Source of the DNA: Diplonema japonicum
Taxonomy: Eukaryota; Protista; Euglenozoa: Diplonemea
Length of the DNA stretch: 64,000 bases
NCBI GenBank assembly: GCA_964019335.1
Contig: OZ025753.1
Location: forward strand, 62,001-126,000
Direction of reading: 5' to 3'
Shown here: positions 20,521 through 32,555 of the stretch, in pieces
Position numbering within the stretch: the first letter of the stretch is position 1
How the letters are laid out: every line of letters starts with the position of its first letter
Program-made: the position numbers and the translations under genes
The notes under the pieces: model-generated
What the model was told of the DNA's origin: nothing
Database searches by the model: none
What the model saw: only the letters and a program-made list of their open reading frames with translations

Positions 20521-23500
20521 ATGGTTGGGAGACACGTCGAGGACGACGGTAGGTATCGCGCGTTGTGGGGGAGCCCGCAACCAGGCATCGTGGTCGATGG
20601 ACTCGCGTCTCCTGATAAGGCGAAGAGGGGCGGGGTGGGTCTGCTGGTGCAGCGACGCCGACCTGCTCTGGTAAAAGATACGGCAGGAAGAGCTGACGAC
20701 AACAGGTGGGTACACTCGATGATCAACCTAGATGGTCGAGATATGTGGTTACACCTGATCGTAGTCTACTGTCACTCGGGCGGTCACGGCAAGCACCAGC
20801 GGGAGGCTCTGCTGGATAAGGTCCTGAACAAGATGAGATGCGTCCTCGGTGACGTACCGATCATCGTGGCAGGCGATTTCAACACCGCGGTGTCACAGTC
20901 GGGAGTGCTACAACAGGCGGTGGGGAGCGATTGGGTGGATGCTGCTATGCTGCAAGCCGAGAGGGATGGCGTGGAACCATGCCACACCTTTGCCAGGCAG
21001 GCCACCAACACGAAGACGCGTATCGACTACGTTCTGCTGAACCCGATCGCGGCGGCAGGCCTACAGAAGGTGTGGGTACACGACGCAGTCTACACCAACG
21101 AGCACCGCTGCCTCTCAATCCAGCTCCGGATCCCGGCCCTCAAGTGCATGACGAGGAAATACTTCGTCCCGAGGGAGTTGCCGATGGAAGCTGCTGATGG
21201 TGACCGAGTTGCTGAGCTGCTACAGGTCGGGGGATTTGCGCAGAAGCTGGGCGACGGCGACATTGACGATGCGTATAGTACGTTAGCGTGCGTTTCGGAG
21301 GAATGCTGCATCGGGGACCTGCCAGCGGTGAGACGGAGGGCCTACGTCGGGAGAAGCGTGGCGCGACAACCAAAGGAGAAGTGCCTGTCGGCGAAATCTG
21401 TGGTTGAGGCGACAGGTGCGGCAGTGGGCTGGCAGAAGTGCATCGCCGAGGTGAAGCGGAAAGTCTCGCACATCCTTGCGGGAGTCCAAGATCTGCTCGA
21501 CAGGGGACTAGCAAGCAACATGCCGGAGCAGCTGCTGAGGACTTGGGCGAATGCTATAAAGGTGCTAGCGAAGCTCCCGCAGCTTCCGAGATGCGAGGTG
21601 GGTCTGATGAAGGACAATTTTGAAACGATTATCATCAAACTTCAACGCCTAGACGACGACCTGTCCGCTCTGGCGCGAGTGATCGCAAAGGACGCGAGGG
21701 TCGAGCGTGAAAGGAAGTATGAAGAGAGGATCAACACCCACTTCAAGGAGGAACGGAAGAGGGTGACCGCCTTCGTGAAGGGCACAACGGCATCAGCAAC
21801 GCAGGCAGTGGAAGGCGACGGGGTTCTCACGGCAGATCTTGAAGAGATGGACAAGATGATGCACAAGGAGTGGGACCCTATTTTTCAGCTGTACGGTGGG
21901 GATCGAGGAGAGCCGCAGTACAACGCCTTTAGAACGAGGTACAGGGAGTACATCGTGTCGCAGAAGATGGAACTTCGACCACTTACAGGAGAGGATCTGA
22001 GGGCGGTGTTGGCCAAGAAGTCAACGAGAACGGCTCCAGGGGTGGATGGATGGAGGATGGCGGAACTGCGTGCCATGCCGGTAGTACTGCTGGATGCTTG
22101 GGCCGAGCTGTTCAACGCAGTCGAGACAGGGAAGTGGCCGAAAGCACTCCTGACAGCGCTGGTGACGTTGATCCCGAAGGGTGGCGAGAGGACTCCTCTG
22201 AACCATCGGCCGATCACAGTCACGAGCGCGGTCTATCGGCTGTGGGCATGTGCGAGGCTGCGTGACATCACGCTGTGGCAAGAGAAGTGGATCGACGACT
22301 CTCAGCATGGTTTCAGACCGAAGAGAGGCACGGATAGCATTCTGATGGAGCTCAGTACACAGCTCGACGAGGCGCTGTTGACAGGCACCCCTCTCAACGG
22401 CATTGCGTTGGATTTTGTCAAGTGCTTCGACAGAGTCCCACAGCAGATAGCTTTTGACCTGATGCAAGATCTCGGTTTGCACGAGCGGATACTGACCCCC
22501 TTGAAAGCTATGTATGCGAACCTGAAGCGGCGATTCCGTTTCCCGACAGGTGTTGGCTCAGAGTTCCGAGTGACGAATGGTATCCTGCAAGGGTGCCCCA
22601 TCTCGGTAATCATGGTGAACGCCTTGGTGTCGGTGATGGTGAAGTGCGTGATGACGGAAGTACCAGGAGCTTGGTCACTTTCGTACGCGGATGACGTGTA
22701 CCTCCTGGCGCGTTTAGCGGAGGTCCTGACAAGGGCGACCAACAAGGTGATCGAGTTCGGGGACCGGACAGAGATGCGCCTCAACGGAAAGAAGTCGCAG
22801 GGATTCTCGACGAAAAACGAGATCGGCCCTAGTTTAGTATGCACCGGTTCCTCGTTCAAGGTAGCTAGGGAGATCAAATCACTTGGCGTGAACCTGAGCA
22901 TGGATGGGAATCACAGGCTGGACAAGCTGGACGCAGCGGAGGGACGCCTGACCCGTCTCGGAGCTTTGCCACTAGGGTTTGAGAACAAGTCGACGATGTT
23001 GACGAGCACTGTGCTACCGTCGTGTCTGTACGGAGCGACGTATGCGGCACCCTCGGACGACCAGCTGAAGAAGATGTGTACAGCGGCAGTGGTCTCCCTG
23101 TGGGGCCCCCAGTTCGGGATGAGAAACCCCGTGTCTGTACTGAACGTTCTGCTGCCAGGGCATACGGCACATCCGCTGTCGAAGGTCATCTACGGAACGA
23201 TAAACAGCTTGGTCCGGGAGAGCCTGGCCTCTCCGCATTTGCGGCAGCGTGTTGGTGAGATCATTGGTCTATACCAGGACCGTGATGACGATGAGGTGAT
23301 GGGTCCGATTGGAGTCCTGCGGAACAGATGGCTCCCCTTTCTGGGGAAGGGATGGTCCTTTGTGGCCGACCTGCACGGAGATACAGCGGTGGCTCACAAA
23401 GTGAGGCAAGCCATCAGACCGGCAGTTGCGAAGAGGCTGATCGAGAAGAGATCAACCTTCGTGGGGATGGAGGCAGGGGCGTGCCCGTCCACGAACTATT

Positions 23501-24464
23501 GGTGGAAAAAGCTCCAGGCCCGGAGACCGTTGGTGTCCTTTAGGTTGCGGCGCATCATTAGTGGTGCAGTGTTCACGACTCACCCGAGGGGAGGGTGTGG
23601 GGGAGAAAATTGGATGGCCCTGGTGTGGAAAACCCAGCATTAGCGTGTGACGTTTGCGACCACCGGTCCCAGACAACGACCAGCATGACGGAGCATGCAC
23701 TGTGGGAGTGCGAGCCGGCAAGGAGTGTGTTGGAAAGCGAGCAATACGCAGAGGTGAAGCGAGAAGGCCTCCCAGCTGCCACAGCCCTTCACGGGATAGT
23801 CCCAAGAGGAGCCGACAAAGCAGGGAAAGAACGTGCCAGGATGGTGCAACAATACCTCCTGAAAGTAGTGACGGTCCGTGACGCCAGAGCAGCGGAAAAA
23901 AGCAAGAGAGTGCTCACCTCCAACCCTTGGGATGAGGTAACGACAGGGAGGCAACATGATGTTCCGACGGAAGCGTTGCTGAAGGCGAACGGGGCGTCAG
24001 GCGCGGTCCTGACCTTTCATTTGAAGAACGTCCTCAAGTGGCTAAGAGGCCTACGATGGTACGATGGTAAGAAGAAAACTTCCGTCACTACAATGGAACT
24101 CGCCATAGACTATGAGCAGACCACCCGCCGGTCACTCATAGGTCCCCTCGACGATCAAGACCTGCTCACGGAGAAGGCCGCAAGGATGCGATACATCTTG
24201 GGTCGCATCCAGAAATGCTCAGCACGCTGTGGAAGGTCAGCCTTCCCCGCCAACGCCAAATCAAGGGTGCATACCCTTCGACATCTTGGGGGCCCGACGG
24301 CACACGGCTACGACAGGAGACCACTCTTCTCCTCGAGCCAAACCCCCCCCTACCTAGCACGACTCCAAGCAATGTTTCTCGCCCAGATGCCGTCCATCTC
24401 ATCGCGACAAACAGCCACCGCAGGCACCAGACAGCAACCGCAGAACGGTGACCGATTAGTGTGA
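20521..24464 (+). mobile_element. LINE A (5'-truncated): APE, RT, CxxC..H..C zinc finger, unassigned C-terminal domain; one frameshift near 23600
   Basis: VAGDFN, TRIDY, NEHR (APE); PGVDGW, NHRPITV, QHGFR, LDFVKCFD, NGILQGCPIS, YADD (RT); CDVC...EHALWEC; ELAIDYE. Confidence 0.92.
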
Positions 24465-24655
24465 ATTTCTACCTGAACAGTGAGCACCCCCATGCACACT
24501 GAAATTTTATCGAGTTTTCTTTTTTTTTTTTTACTGTACTTTATTGGTCGCTCCCCGTGGCTGATAAAGTTTCAAAGGAAGTTAACGGGGTCTCTTTACT
24601 TCCCCTTTCAACGATCAGTGTAAGTGTCAACATATAAACACAAATAATATATATA

Positions 24656-24708
<53 letters not shown>

Positions 24709-24728
24709 ACTTTCTCCCCTTTATAAAA

Positions 24729-26582
24729 ATGGGTGGAAATTTGAAGGACATGGTAACTGCCATCATCATGAGGGCAAAGGTACTTGCGAAGAAGGGTGTC
24801 ATGTGGCAAGAGCCGGCCGTCCTCCTGTTGGAGACGGCCCTGGACATCATGGAGGGAGGAACAGGCACGCAGGGTGGACAGCAGCAGGTTCAAGGACAGG
24901 AGCAGGTGCAAGGACAGCAGCAGGTGCGAGGACAGGAGCAGGTGCAAGGACAGGAGAAGGTGAAACAGCAACAGCAACAGAAGAAGCAACAGACGAAGCC
25001 GCGTCAACAGCAGGCGTCGAAGCAGACAGTGGCAAAGCCTCTGCTGAAGTGGACGAAGGTGCCAGCAAGGAAGGTAATGGGCGCGGTGAGCCTGGACCCG
25101 GCGGACTGGCATTGCCCCGTCCTCACAGAGCCAAAGGGGGAGGGGGTAATGGTGTGTGAGGACGAGGAAGGCGCGCAGAAGGCGTACGACCTGTGGCTGG
25201 ATGAGCACAGGGAGCTCGCGAGCAGGGGCGAACAGTTGGGCTGCGGGATGGTGTTGATCACCAGGAAGAAGCTGGTGGTGGACGGCGATGCCACGCATCT
25301 GGAGGAGAACCTGAAGCTCCCCCTCCCAGTCCTAATTGGGGAGGAACGCAGGATGAGGTACCTCAGGGTAACGAGGCTCGGGGGGATGGGGGACTTCGCA
25401 AGCCTTCGCAAGGGTATCGCCGCTGCGGTCAAACCGAGTGTGGAGTGTGAACCGAGTGTCCTGGTGTGCACCCTACCTCTAGAGTACCACCCCGCTGATC
25501 GAGACAGGTTGGTCGGGAGAGCCGCATTCGGGTATGTTGTGGCCAGGCTGAGGCAGGCGACAGAGAAGGCGCTGGGAAAGCCCGTGGACCGGAGCTACTT
25601 CTTCGGGTTGAGGAGGGCACCCGGGCGGGTGGAAATGATGGTGAAGGTGCCGGAAGCTGAGGCGGCAGTGCTTGAGGCGGCCTCGGGGAGGGGTGGTATC
25701 TTCTTCAGGGCCTTGAAGTTCTTTGGCGGCCAGGAGAACCACGCGCACCACATCCTCTGGCTCAAGCCGGAGACCCCACTGGTGGAGGCCTTGAAGTGGG
25801 CGGACGCGGCGGGCAGGGGTCTGGCGGTGTCCTCGAGAGGGTTGGGGCTCCGGACCCTGTCCGAGGCGGAGAAGGCAGAGGCCATGGCTGATGAGCGGGG
25901 CGCGCAACTCGTTGCGGAACCGAGGCAGCCTCAGCCGAGGTACCTGGTGGAAGGGGCGAGGGCGGCAGACCACGAAGGGCCACTGTTAGGTGCCTTCCGT
26001 GCGGGCGGGTGGCAGTGCGAGGTAGCCTCTACATTCGTGAGGGGAAATGCAAGGACGTTTGTCTTGAAAGCTGGAGCACCGCCTCCGTTCAGCGGGATGG
26101 ACATTGGTGGGAGACCGGTCTTCATCAAGGCACTGGGGGCTGGCGAAATGCGGAGGAGGGCCGTATACAAGTGGGCTGGCTCGACCGCGCAGAAGACCTC
26201 ACCTGGGAGGCTTGCCGGAGCTACAACGGATGCGCCACCCACTGCACAGCAGTCAGGTGAGCAAATGCCGCAGGCACCATCCACCGATGAGTCGAATGTT
26301 CTATCCGCCGGGCAACCGGAGAAGAAGGAGGGGGACAGTCAGATGTCTACTCCAAACCCCAAGAAGCGCCTCCTCAACGACGAGGACGAACCCGAGTCCC
26401 CGGAGCAGCGGACGATGGCCGAACACGCGAGGACGTGCAAGCACCGGTTCCCAGAGAAGGGAGCGCGAAAGGGAGCGGTGTGGTGCTGCGGTGTCTGCAA
26501 GGAGCAGAAGGAAAAGGACACCTTCGCGAGGAAGTGTGCGGGGTGCATAACCTGGGCGTGCACTCGGTGTTTCGGCAAATGA
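24729..26582 (+). CDS. LINE B ORF1 (gag-like; Q-rich repeat, C-terminal Cys-rich zinc finger)
   Basis: 617-aa ORF directly upstream of an APE-RT ORF; GQEQVQ repeats; C-terminal CKH...CGVC...CAGC...CTRC. Confidence 0.8.
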   Translation: MGGNLKDMVTAIIMRAKVLAKKGVMWQEPAVLLLETALDIMEGGTGTQGGQQQVQGQEQVQGQQQVRGQEQVQGQEKVKQQQQQKKQQTKPRQQQASKQTVAKPLLKWTKVPARKVMGAVSLDPADWHCPVLTEPKGEGVMVCEDEEGAQKAYDLWLDEHRELASRGEQLGCGMVLITRKKLVVDGDATHLEENLKLPLPVLIGEERRMRYLRVTRLGGMGDFASLRKGIAAAVKPSVECEPSVLVCTLPLEYHPADRDRLVGRAAFGYVVARLRQATEKALGKPVDRSYFFGLRRAPGRVEMMVKVPEAEAAVLEAASGRGGIFFRALKFFGGQENHAHHILWLKPETPLVEALKWADAAGRGLAVSSRGLGLRTLSEAEKAEAMADERGAQLVAEPRQPQPRYLVEGARAADHEGPLLGAFRAGGWQCEVASTFVRGNARTFVLKAGAPPPFSGMDIGGRPVFIKALGAGEMRRRAVYKWAGSTAQKTSPGRLAGATTDAPPTAQQSGEQMPQAPSTDESNVLSAGQPEKKEGDSQMSTPNPKKRLLNDEDEPESPEQRTMAEHARTCKHRFPEKGARKGAVWCCGVCKEQKEKDTFARKCAGCITWACTRCFGK

Positions 26583-28637
26583 AGCGCGAAGCGCACGGGT
26601 AAGTCGGAGAGGGAGGAGGACTTTGACTTACTCGTGACGCAGGGGGTTCATCCGCACCCCGGTCCCAAGCGCAAGACAGGTCCGAAGCCGGCTGTGATGA
26701 GGGGAACGCGTGATGCGGAGAGAGCCGCGGGTGCGAGACCAAGGACGGGTGCAAAGACGGGTGTTAAGAGGAACAGAAGCCCGCCGCCCACATTACCGAA
26801 GAACGAGCCTCTCGTCATCACCTCCCTGAACGTCGCGTCCTTCAACAACAGGATGGGGGAATGCAAAGGACTGGATCCCGATGTGTTCTGTGTACAGGAG
26901 ACGGCACTGACGGCGACGGTACAGCGGGAGATTGAACTCTCTCTCGGGCGAGATGCGTGGGGGAGGGCCTACGAAAGACACTGGGGGAAACCACAACCAG
27001 GCCGGGTGGGCGGTGGAGTGGTGTCACTTACAGTCGCACAAAGGGGCGGGGTCGCGACCTTCGTGAAAAGGCCCCGAGCCTCTCTGAGGTGCAGCGCAGG
27101 AGACGAGCTGGAAGCGTACAAGAGCCGCTGCGTGCACACGAAGGTATCATTGGACGGCAGCAAGCGATGGCTTCATGTGCTGAACGTCTACTGTCCTGCT
27201 GGCAATGAGGCTGTGCAAGCCAGGGAACGGGAGCAACTTCTGCATCACATTCTGGTCAGGAAGCGAATAGAGCTGGGAGACGTGCCGATCGTGGTGATCG
27301 GGGACCTTAACTGCGAGGAGGATCGGTCGCCGACCTTAGAAAAGGCTTTGGCCTCGGACTGGGTTGATGCGGCGGCTGCATGTGCGGCGTTGAGCGGTGC
27401 GACACCCGAATCGACTTTGAAGAGGACCAACTCCCATTCTCGGATCGATAGGGCGCTTCTGAACCCCCTTGCTGCACAGTTTCTGATACGCTGTTGGGTG
27501 CATGATGGCGTGGAAGGCTCAGACCACAGGTGCTTGTCGCTGGAGTTGGGGACAACGAGAATCCGGCGGGCAGTGCTGCAGTACTCGATCCCGAGGGAGA
27601 TACCGGAGGTAGCGATGACAGAAGAAGACCCCGAGCCGTCGCTGGCGGATTCCATCTTTGAGCGGTGCATTCAGGATAGGCAGGTGGACGAGGCCTACAG
27701 GGAATGGGCCAGACTCGCAGAAGAGCATTTGATGCGGGGTTTCGCAGGGACCACGGCGGGGGCTTACCTTGGCAGGGGTGAGACGAGGTTGCCGAAGCTG
27801 AGGGAACTGTGTCCACCTGCTACGGAAGAGATTGTCGGTGCGGTGTGCGACCGACAAAGGAAGCTGGTGAAGCTGAAACGGTGCGTAGAGGCTGCCCAGC
27901 GACAGATTGAGGACCACCTTCGGAGGGGGCACGTAGGACAGCTTCCGCAGGTGACCCACAATACCCTGAAGAACGCCAATGCAAGGTGCGTGAAGCTAGG
28001 TATTGACTGCGCCGTACCCATGCACGGCTCCTTGGAGAGCACAGAGGAAGCTATCGCTGAAGTGCGTGACGTGGCGGGGAGACAGATTGCCGCGCTCTGC
28101 ACGGAACAGAAGTGTAGCCGGGCTGAGGCCTACGAGAGAACGATTGTCTCGAACCTGGACGAGGGTAGGAGGCACCTCACGGCGCTGCTGCGGGGAACGC
28201 AATGCGAGAGGTCAGTGGCGGTGGACGCTGGGGACGGTGTGACGGCGGACCCACAAGAAATGGACGAGGTGTTCAGGGAGGCGTGGAAAGGGATCTTCTG
28301 CTCGGAAAGACGAGAACCGCAATTCTCCGATTTCAGGAAAAAGTACGAGGAACACATACAGCACCAGGAAATGCCGAGGTCAGAGATTACGGGGAGGCTG
28401 CTCCAGGAGGTGCTGAGCCGCAAGCGTCCTAGGGGCGCGTGTGGGGTCGACGGATGGCGCAACGCAGAGCTGAAGAGGCTGCCCAGGTGGGTATTGGACG
28501 GACTGGCAGACCTGTTTAACCTGATCGAGAGGGAGGGGAGGTGGCCGGAAGCCATGTGTACGGCCCTGGTGTCGCTAATACCGAAGGGGGCAGGCCTCGG
28601 CCCCTTGGACCACAGACCGATTACTGTCACCAGCGCG
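26583..28637 (+). CDS. LINE B ORF2, 3'-truncated: 2A-like motif, APE, start of RT
   Basis: Same frame as ORF1 after the TGA. FDLLVTQGVHPHPGP; ITSLNV, CVQET, GDLN, SRIDR, SDHR; CGVDGW; breaks off after DHRPITVTSA. Confidence 0.88.
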
Positions 28638-28638
28638 G

Positions 28639-28869
28639 GAAAGCTACGCGCGCACCACGAAGGCAGCTGTTTTAAACGAGGAGGTGCAGACATTTCTATC
28701 GGCAGATGAGAAAAACCTGGTTGTCAAGGCTTGTTCAGATGCCCTTGTGTGGTTGGACACATTGCAGGAAGCCTCGAAGGAGGAGTACTCTAGCCGCCTA
28801 CACACACTGGAAGGTGTGTGTAAACCGATCGTATGTAAGATGTCCCACCCGGTTGAAGAAATTAACTGA
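28639..28869 (+). pseudogene. HSP70 C-terminal (lid) subdomain fragment
   Basis: ESYARTTK...LSADEKNLVVKACSDALVWLDTLQEASKEEY...LEGVCKPIVCKM follows the HSP70 pattern ESYA...WLD.NQ.A.KEE...LE.VC.PI..KM. No EEVD and no upstream domains. Confidence 0.75.
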
Positions 28870-28889
28870 TTCTTTTTTTTTTTTTGCGC

Positions 28890-31716
28890 CTCGGGGTCGT
28901 GCCGGACGAAGATCTCCTACGGGGACCCAGCCTGGAAGCCGCGCTGGTGGGACTGCAGGAGCTGGAGGCTGCAGCGGACCAGGGTGACATGGAAACGGTG
29001 AAGCAGCAGCGTCTGGAGAACGAGGCAAGATACAGGAAGCGGGTGGCGGCTGATTTCCGTGACGACAGACGGCGTATCGTGGCGTACGTCAAGGGGACAG
29101 TAGGTTGACGGTAGATCTGGAGGAGATCGACGCACTGATGAGGGGGGCGTGGGCCTCTGTCTTCCACCTGTACCCGAACAAGAGCGACCGGCCCTCCTAC
29201 GCTGCCTTCAAGGAGAGGTATGGCAAGTATGTCGACGGGCACCCCATGGAACTGGAACCGATCACGGGTGGCGACCTCAGGGAGGTGCTGAACAGTAGGC
29301 CGGCGAGAGGAACCCCGGGTGTGGACGGCTGGAGGATCGCGGAGCTGAAGGCTATACCTGACGCGCTGCTGGAGAGGTGGGCGCAGCTCTTCATCATCAT
29401 CGAGGAGACCGACGAATGGCCGGAGGCGCTACTGACGGCACTCGTCTCCCTGATACCCAAGGGTGAGGACAGATCCCCGCTGAACCATCGGCCGATCACG
29501 GTCACCAGCGCTGTGTACAGGCTGTGGGCGACGACGAGGATGAGGCGCATCTTGGTCTGGCAGGAGTCGTGGGCGCACACGTCACAGCACGGTTTCAGGT
29601 CGAGGAGAGGGACGGACACGCTGCTGCTGGAGCTGACGACGCAACTCGAGGAAGCCCTGCTGTCGGGCACACCGATGCACGGTCTCGCACTGGACTTTGT
29701 CAAGTGCTTCGACCGCATCCCGCGGGAGGTGGCACTTGGACTGATGGGGGACCTGGGGCTACATCAGAACATACTGCGGCCGCTGACGACGATGTACGAG
29801 TCCCTCAGGCGGAGGTTCAAGTACCCGACAGGGGTGGGTGACGAGTTCGCCACATCGAACGGCATCTTGCAGGGGTGCCCGATCTCGGTGGTGATGGTGA
29901 ACGCGCTGGTGGGGGTGATGGTGAGGGCGATCATGGCGGAGGTGCCCGGGGCAGATTCCCTGTCGTACGCAGATGACGTGTACCTGATTGCAGCTCTGCT
30001 CAGCGCACTGGAGAAGGCGGCAGCGGGGGTAGGCGAATTCTCTCTGCTAACGGGGATGAGTCTCAACCTGAAGAAGACGGACATGTTCTCCACAGAAGGG
30101 TCCGGGTCGGTGAAGTGTGGGCGGGAAGTGCTTGCAGCCAAGACGGAGATCAGCGCCCTGGGCATCAAGGTTTGCATGGACGGCGAGCACAGGGCCAAGC
30201 CCCTTGTGGGAATGGAGCGGGCGTGCGGAAGGCTGGCTGCCATGCCGTTGGGATTCTCACAGAAGGCAAGGATCATCTCCAGCTCCATCCTCCCCTCTTG
30301 CCTCTACGGTGTTGCGTATGCCCCCCCCTCGAAAGTGGATGCAGGCACAATCCGGTCGAGAGTAGCGACATGCCTCTGGGGACCGAAGTTCAAGATGCGC
30401 TCACCGTGTGCTGTAGCGAACATCTTGCTGCCGGGGCACACGACGGACCCGCTGGTGGTGACGCTTTATCGACTGTTGTGCACGGTGGTGAAGGTTGGTA
30501 GGTCGGATGCAGAGCTGTGGGACCGGATGGGAAGGTGTGCCGCCCTGTACCTGCAGAGCGACGTGGAGGCCCAGGGACCAGTGGGAACCCTAGTGAGACG
30601 ATGGCTGCCGGCGATCGGGAAGAGCTGGAGTTTTGTGGAAGGGCTGCGTACCACGACCGAGCGGGAACGCAAACACGAGATCCGCCGAGTGGCACGCGGG
30701 CCATGACAGCAGCGGAACAAGCAGAAGGGAGGACCTCCTACAGCGGCATGCCAGAGGGGGCCGACCCGGTCACGAACGGGTGGTGGAGGGCGCTCGCGAA
30801 CAACCCGATGGCGGCGTACAGGTTGAGGAGGCTGATTGCTGGGGCGGTGTTTGCGGTGTACCCTGCGGTGCGGGGAGTGGCGGAGGGGCCGGACAACCCG
30901 CTGCAGCACCTCTGTGACGTGTGTGGGGAGCGTTACGGCAGCTACACCGAGGTGCTGGAGCACGCCCTCTGGCGATGCGAACTCGGAGATGCGGTGCGGG
31001 GCAAGGCAGAGTATGCGAGTCTCGACCCGGCGACCATGCCGAACGCGACGGCGCTCCACGGGATAGTGCCCAGGGGATGCCAAGACAAGCCGAGGGCCCT
31101 GTTGGTGCAAAGGTACCTGCTGGAGGTGGTCACACTGAGGGATACGGCGGTGGAAGCGAACCGCGCATTGCAGACGCAGACATACCCGTGGCGGGTGGTC
31201 GTGACGGGAAGGGCACACCCGACGCCAACGGTGGCCGAATTACGTGGGCTGGACAGGCTGCTGGGGCCGGTGCTGAGGTGGCTGAGTGGCTTGCTGTGGG
31301 ATGACGCCCCTGGACGGCACACGACGGTTACGACGCTGGAGCTTGCCCTCGACTTCGAGCGGGAGACGGAGCTGCCGCTAGACGACGGCGGGGAAGTGGG
31401 CAAGGTGGAGGACCTGGGCGTCAAGGCAAGGAGGCTGAGGTATGTGCTGAGACGTGTCCAGGACCTGTACCACGCTGATGGCAGAAGGACGGCGTTCCCA
31501 GCAGCGCGAGTGGATCGCGTCAACTCCCTGCGCTGTATAGGAGGACCGACCACACACGGGTATGACAGGAGGCCAGTACTCCCGGAGCGAACCATGAGCA
31601 GCATCGAAGGCTTGCGTGACACGTACCTGTCGCAGACCCCGACAAGGCTGCCCCGCAGTTTTACCACCGCAGTAGGAACCCGCCAGAGCCCCCAGAACGG
31701 GGACAACGGGGACTAA
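28890..31716 (+). mobile_element. LINE C (5'-truncated, frameshifted): RT, zinc finger, C-terminal domain
   Basis: PGVDGW, LDFVKCFD, NGILQGCPIS, YADD; shift near 30700 to CDVC...EHALWRC, ELALDFE, GYDRRP. Confidence 0.9.
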
Positions 31717-31759
31717 GAACAGCGCGGCCGGTGAGCGCAAAAACGCATACCTTGAAAGA

Positions 31760-32522
31760 ATAGTTTTTTTTTGGGGGGGGGAAGGAAAAAAAAAATACCC
31801 ACAGCCTTCTTTCGCAAAACACCACTTTGTACATGGTGCTTGGAATGCTGATTGTTGGTTACTCATCATACCTTGTAGGCCACCTGAGCACTGGTTTTAA
31901 GCACAGCGACGACGAAGAGGTGCGTACAAAAAAAAGAAACAAAAGTTTTTTTAAATTTCTCTCCGGGGGTGTTTTTGCGGCTCGGGTTGGGGAGGACGTG
32001 GGGGCCGATATGGCGGTGCTGAACGAGGGGGAGGGAGATGGGGGTGAGGGGGATTCCTTTTTACCATCATCATCGATGAGTAACGATTGAACTGGAAATA
32101 AAAAAAAAAAAAAGAAAAAGAAAAAAGAAAAATAAAAGCCAGACGTTTTTTTTTTGGGGGGGAAATTTTTCACCCTTACCATAACCCTTCCCTTCCTCTC
32201 CCCGCTACTCGTGTTCTTTCCTGTTTTCTTTTCTTTTTTTTTTTTTAAAGTTTGATTTTTTTTTTTCCCGTTCCTGTTTGCTCTTTCGTATTGAGAATAT
32301 TCTTCTCAATTTAATATTCTGCTCTCCAGTGGGTTCTCTGAGCGTTAAAGCCTCGTGTGCAAAAAATGGCTTTTTTTTGGCTCTTGGCCGTCATAGGGAC
32401 CTATTTCCTTGAGTCTAGGGAGCTATCCGTCGGGCAAAAAAGAAGTTTTTTTTTTTTTTTTTTTGCCCCAACGTCCCCCCCCGAGTTCGATGTTTGAGAA
32501 AAAAAAATTTCCGAGAAAAAAG

Positions 32523-32555
<33 letters not shown>

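Noticed and set aside
20500-31716. Numerous antisense and alternate-frame ORFs over the LINEs and PLEs
   Set aside because: Shadows of GC-rich coding sequence with no independent motifs.
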